Source: Escherichia phage FP43
Direction: 5' to 3' (one strand)
Length of the DNA: 64,000 nt
Sequence record: MN648445
The position numbers were made by a program, and so were the translations under genes. The notes under the pieces were generated by a model. The model had not been told where the DNA came from. It did not search any database and saw only the letters and a program-made list of their open reading frames with translations. Shown here in pieces: positions 61,825 to 64,000 of this stretch. Each line of letters begins with the position of its first letter. The first letter of the stretch is position 1.

Positions 61825-62118
61825 GTTTTAGGTGATTCGCTACCTTAGTGCGGCTAGAAAATCGAGGAGCCGTCGAACTGTCTGATTAATGATTTGCGAA
61901 TCATTATAGTTTTAAGACCCCGGCAGTTTTACGGTGTACCTCTTGAATGTATTTTATACTATCACGCGTCAGAAAAAGGTTATCTGTCTAAGTCGTGGTT
62001 GGTATGATGACGGGTTTATGGTTATCCTGTCGTTAAATATCCAAAACCTATGTTCCCCTTGAGGGCTTGCGCAGGCAATGTCAATAAGTCCTGCATTTTC
62101 ATTTAAAGAGAATTTATA

Positions 62119-62298
62119 ATGGCAAAACAAGCTAAAGCAAAGAAAGCAGTTGAAAAGAAAGTTGATGGTACCTCTAAACGCGCTGGATACAAGCGTGGGT
62201 CGAACTCTCGTATTAATCAAACAGTTGAGAAGATCATGCGCAGAGCACGTGCAGTTCTTCGAGATGATGCTTCTCGTTTTGGAAAGGTTGTTGCATAA
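62119..62298 (+). CDS. small basic protein (30.9 position)
   Basis: 59 aa, Lys/Arg-rich (MAKQAKAKKAVEKK); followed by a strong terminator. Confidence 0.5.
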   Translation: MAKQAKAKKAVEKKVDGTSKRAGYKRGSNSRINQTVEKIMRRARAVLRDDASRFGKVVA

Positions 62299-62303
62299 TT
62301 TTA

Positions 62304-62325
62304 GGGAGACTTCGGTCTCCCTTTT
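62304..62325 (+). terminator. rho-independent terminator
   Basis: GGGAGAC-TTCG-GTCTCCC followed by TTTT. Confidence 0.75.
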
Positions 62326-62357
62326 GTGCGTTTAGGGCAGAAAAAGTTTAAAAAGAT

Positions 62358-62386
62358 GTTTACTCTCCTGTAGGATGTGTTACTAT
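62358..62386 (+). promoter_or_regulatory. early-type promoter (degenerate copy of the 62801 cassette)
   Basis: GTTTACTCTCCTGTAGGATGTGTTACTATAGACTTGTACC. Confidence 0.5.
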
Positions 62387-62428
62387 AGACTTGTACCATC
62401 TAATCAATAAAACAACCTGGAGAACAAA

Positions 62429-62797
62429 ATGAAAATCAATCTGAACTCATACATCAAATGTAAAGACCACGACGGTTATAAAGCTATCGAAATTAAAGAA
62501 TTCCAGTGGATGTTATACAAAGAGCAATTTGAGATCGTAAGTTGTATGACCCCTGAAGGTCCTTCAAATGATTTCTCTTGGAAAATTGTGTTAGCAAACT
62601 TTTTCACAGGTGACACATACGAATTAAAAACTATTATTACAGGTAAAATTCGCTCAGAAACATATGTTGACGAAGAAACTGGTTACTCTGAAGATGTCAC
62701 ATGGTATCAAAATGGACGCATTACAGCAGATAACCTGATCGAAAAAATGAAAGCCAAAGGTGTTTTAAATTTAGACAATTGGATTAAAGTTGCATAA
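62429..62797 (+). CDS. hypothetical protein
   Basis: 122-aa ORF. Confidence 0.6.
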   Translation: MKINLNSYIKCKDHDGYKAIEIKEFQWMLYKEQFEIVSCMTPEGPSNDFSWKIVLANFFTGDTYELKTIITGKIRSETYVDEETGYSEDVTWYQNGRITADNLIEKMKAKGVLNLDNWIKVA

Positions 62798-62800
62798 AAC

Positions 62801-62842
62801 AGTTTACTTTGGTACAGGTTATGTTATTATAGACCTGTACCA
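62801..62842 (+). promoter_or_regulatory. early-type promoter inside 11-bp inverted repeat (TTGGTACAGGT/ACCTGTACCAA)
   Basis: GTTTAC 62801-62806; stem 62808-62818/62832-62842; TATTAT 62824-62829 in loop. Confidence 0.6.
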
Positions 62843-62871
62843 ACAAACAACTTAAACATCTGGAGAATAAA

Positions 62872-63237
62872 ATGAACTACATCAACTTCGAACGCAAATA
62901 TGTTTCTAACGGTATCGCTGGTTCTTCTGAAGTTATTTGCTTATGGAAACATAAAAATGGTTCAGTATGTGAAATTGAGCAGTATATGACTCCTAATTAC
63001 GTTTATATGCGATTTGAAAATGGCATCACGGTTTCAATCACGATGGAAGGTTCCAACTTCAAAATTGCATTAGATGACGATTTCCGTCAGCGTGATTTAG
63101 GTACTCATCCTTGCTGGAATGGTGATAATCGTAAACTTCTGGTTAAAACTTGGATTCGTCATATCCTGAGTAACCGAGCTAAACCTGAACATCTCGAAGC
63201 AATCTTTGATGTAGTTCTTAATGAATTCGATATCTAA
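62872..63237 (+). CDS. hypothetical protein
   Basis: 121-aa ORF. Confidence 0.6.
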   Translation: MNYINFERKYVSNGIAGSSEVICLWKHKNGSVCEIEQYMTPNYVYMRFENGITVSITMEGSNFKIALDDDFRQRDLGTHPCWNGDNRKLLVKTWIRHILSNRAKPEHLEAIFDVVLNEFDI

Positions 63238-63272
63238 TTTAACTGGGAGCTTCGGCTCCTACTGAGGAAATT

Positions 63273-63887
63273 ATGTTTAAAGTTAATACTTTTTATAAAA
63301 TGAATTTTAAAAATGGGGATATTACTCCACGCCTTAAAAACATGTTCTCATATGACCTTATCGAGCCTTTTGAAGTTTTAGAAGTTACTGATGCCGGCTC
63401 AGTTTGTGAAATTAGAACTTCTGAAGGTAAAATTTATCAGGCAGGTGTCGGTAAATTCAGTAATTGTTTTACTTTAATATTCTCGACTGATTTAGATGAG
63501 CATTTTATTGAATGTCCTAACCCTAAGGTCTATGAAGTTCCACATCAAGAAATTAAGAAAAATGGACCGCACGAATATACGAAGGTTGAAACTCCTCACG
63601 GCGTGATGTGGCGTCATAACTCTCCTTTTGGAAGTAAAGGAACATTTGCTCAACTGGCTAAGCCCTACGACGATGAAAAATATGTAGTAGTCCTTTTATC
63701 TGAACAGGGTACTCAAGACCGTGGATGTCAACGAAGTGGTTTACTAAGTGAACTCGAAGCTCATAACCGAGCACGTGAATTCGTTGAGAAAAATCCTGGT
63801 TCTGAAGCTCTAGTCATGAAAGCAATTACTCAATATATCACTGCTCAACCTGTTGTTCATCCGGTAGAAATTAATTTCATTAAGTAG
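63273..63887 (+). CDS. hypothetical protein
   Basis: 204-aa ORF. Confidence 0.6.
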   Translation: MFKVNTFYKMNFKNGDITPRLKNMFSYDLIEPFEVLEVTDAGSVCEIRTSEGKIYQAGVGKFSNCFTLIFSTDLDEHFIECPNPKVYEVPHQEIKKNGPHEYTKVETPHGVMWRHNSPFGSKGTFAQLAKPYDDEKYVVVLLSEQGTQDRGCQRSGLLSELEAHNRAREFVEKNPGSEALVMKAITQYITAQPVVHPVEINFIK

Positions 63888-63917
63888 TTTACATCCAAGG
63901 ACGGATTAGAGTATAAT
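63887..63917 (+). promoter_or_regulatory. early-type promoter cassette (copy of the 16990 cassette with a degraded stem)
   Basis: GTTTACATCCAAGGACGGATTAGAGTATAAT. Confidence 0.55.
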
Positions 63918-64000
63918 GATTTCTTTACTAAGTGGAAAAAAATATGAAATTTTTAATAGCACAAACAGTCCAATTAAAAGGTGTTGGAATTCCTGGGGTG

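Noticed and set aside
61830-62110. Possible tRNA gene in the long intergenic region after rIII
   Set aside because: I could not fold a cloverleaf with acceptor stem, anticodon arm and T-arm from the sequence; only two simple hairpins are evident, so kept as a finding rather than an RNA gene call
61969-62335. ORFs 61969-62220 (minus) and 62150-62335 (plus) from the six-frame track
   Set aside because: Both overlap the better-supported small basic ORF 62119-62298, which has a proper ATG and is followed by a terminator; the alternatives have no RBS and odd composition
63245-63262. Hairpin GGAGC-TTCG-GCTCC after ORF 62872-63237 as a terminator
   Set aside because: Not followed by a T run and the next gene starts 11 nt later; more likely a leader or processing hairpin than an efficient intrinsic terminator

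Overview
This window reads as a T4-like (Tevenvirinae) myovirus segment, collinear with the T4 interval from gene 42 to the 30.x genes but in reverse orientation to the standard T4 map. All calls rest on reading the translations and motifs by eye; no database search was run, and T4 homologies are from memory. Plus-strand early/middle genes (uvsX, 40, 41, dmd, sp, 61, 56, modA/B, dda, dexA, 39/60, rIIA, rIIB, ndd, 52, motA, asiA, then rnh, 33, 59, 32, frd, td, nrdA, nrdB, denA, rnlA, alc, pseT, cd, 31, rIII) flank a minus-strand late block (t, 38, 37, 36, 35, 34). The core is conserved; the novelty is in the accessory loci. (1) The 42-uvsX interval, where T4 carries beta-gt, instead holds a 299-aa protein with a GT-B-like motif and a Tmk-like P-loop kinase, and a second GT-B-like gene sits between 39 and rIIA; together with gp42, gp56 and cd this suggests hydroxymethyl-cytosine DNA with a non-canonical sugar or hypermodification. 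(2) An AroG-type DAHP synthase lies in the pseT-cd hyperplastic region. (3) More than 25 early promoter-like sites (GTTTAC ... TATAAT) are embedded in inverted repeats, several recurring as near-identical cassettes at distant loci with compensatory stem changes. (4) One ORF is split by a T6 homopolymer frameshift. No tRNA, CRISPR, integrase, transposase or homing-endonuclease/intron was found.
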